This document shows, in pieces, positions 63,827-64,000 of a stretch of 64,000 nt of DNA. The stretch spans positions 13,151,659 to 13,215,658 of the forward strand of contig NC_057751.1 of NCBI RefSeq assembly GCF_004010195.1, given 5' to 3'. This stretch comes from Chiloscyllium plagiosum. Taxonomy: Eukaryota. The position numbers and the translations under genes were made by a program. The notes under the pieces were generated by a model. The model had not been told where the DNA came from and searched no databases. It was given only the letters and a program-made list of their open reading frames with translations. Within the stretch, counting starts at the first letter, position 1, and each line of letters begins with the position of its first letter.

Positions 63827-64000
63827 CCAAATGAGTACAGTTGTCCACATCGGAAATTCTGTGTTACTATTCATGGGTTCTGTGGTTCCTCGCATGGCTG
63901 ATCAGCCCAATCCGAGAGCAGTATCTCTGACAATACATTTGGTGGGTGTTTCCAGGAGGTGAAAGTGGTCCTTCATTATGCATGACAGATATTTATAATC

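Overview
Eukaryotic vertebrate DNA, very likely from a shark or other elasmobranch (HE1-type V-SINEs, SacSINE-like SINEs, dense CR1 LINEs). Two spliced genes sit head-to-head on a shared CpG-island promoter at about 18.5-19.2 kb. On the minus strand is an hnRNP H/F-family gene (11 coding exons, 461 aa, three qRRMs, HNRNPH3-like sequence but retaining qRRM1). On the plus strand is MOB1A (6 coding exons, 216 aa). A second CpG island with no assignable gene lies at about 52-53 kb. The rest is mostly transposon-derived: CR1, L1, RTE, SINEs, hAT and pogo remnants, and Penelope-like elements (PLEs), plus a 765-N gap. The most striking pattern is more than a dozen minimal hammerhead-ribozyme motifs (CUGANGA, stem II, GAAAC, GUC) carried by two or three PLE families. 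Several occur in TSD-flanked inverted insertions, including ~200-bp ORF-less palindromes. Each well-preserved inverted insertion has one tailed arm and one short arm. Hammerheads in PLEs are known in general; the local architecture is read from the sequence and no activity has been tested. All assignments are by eye, without database searches.
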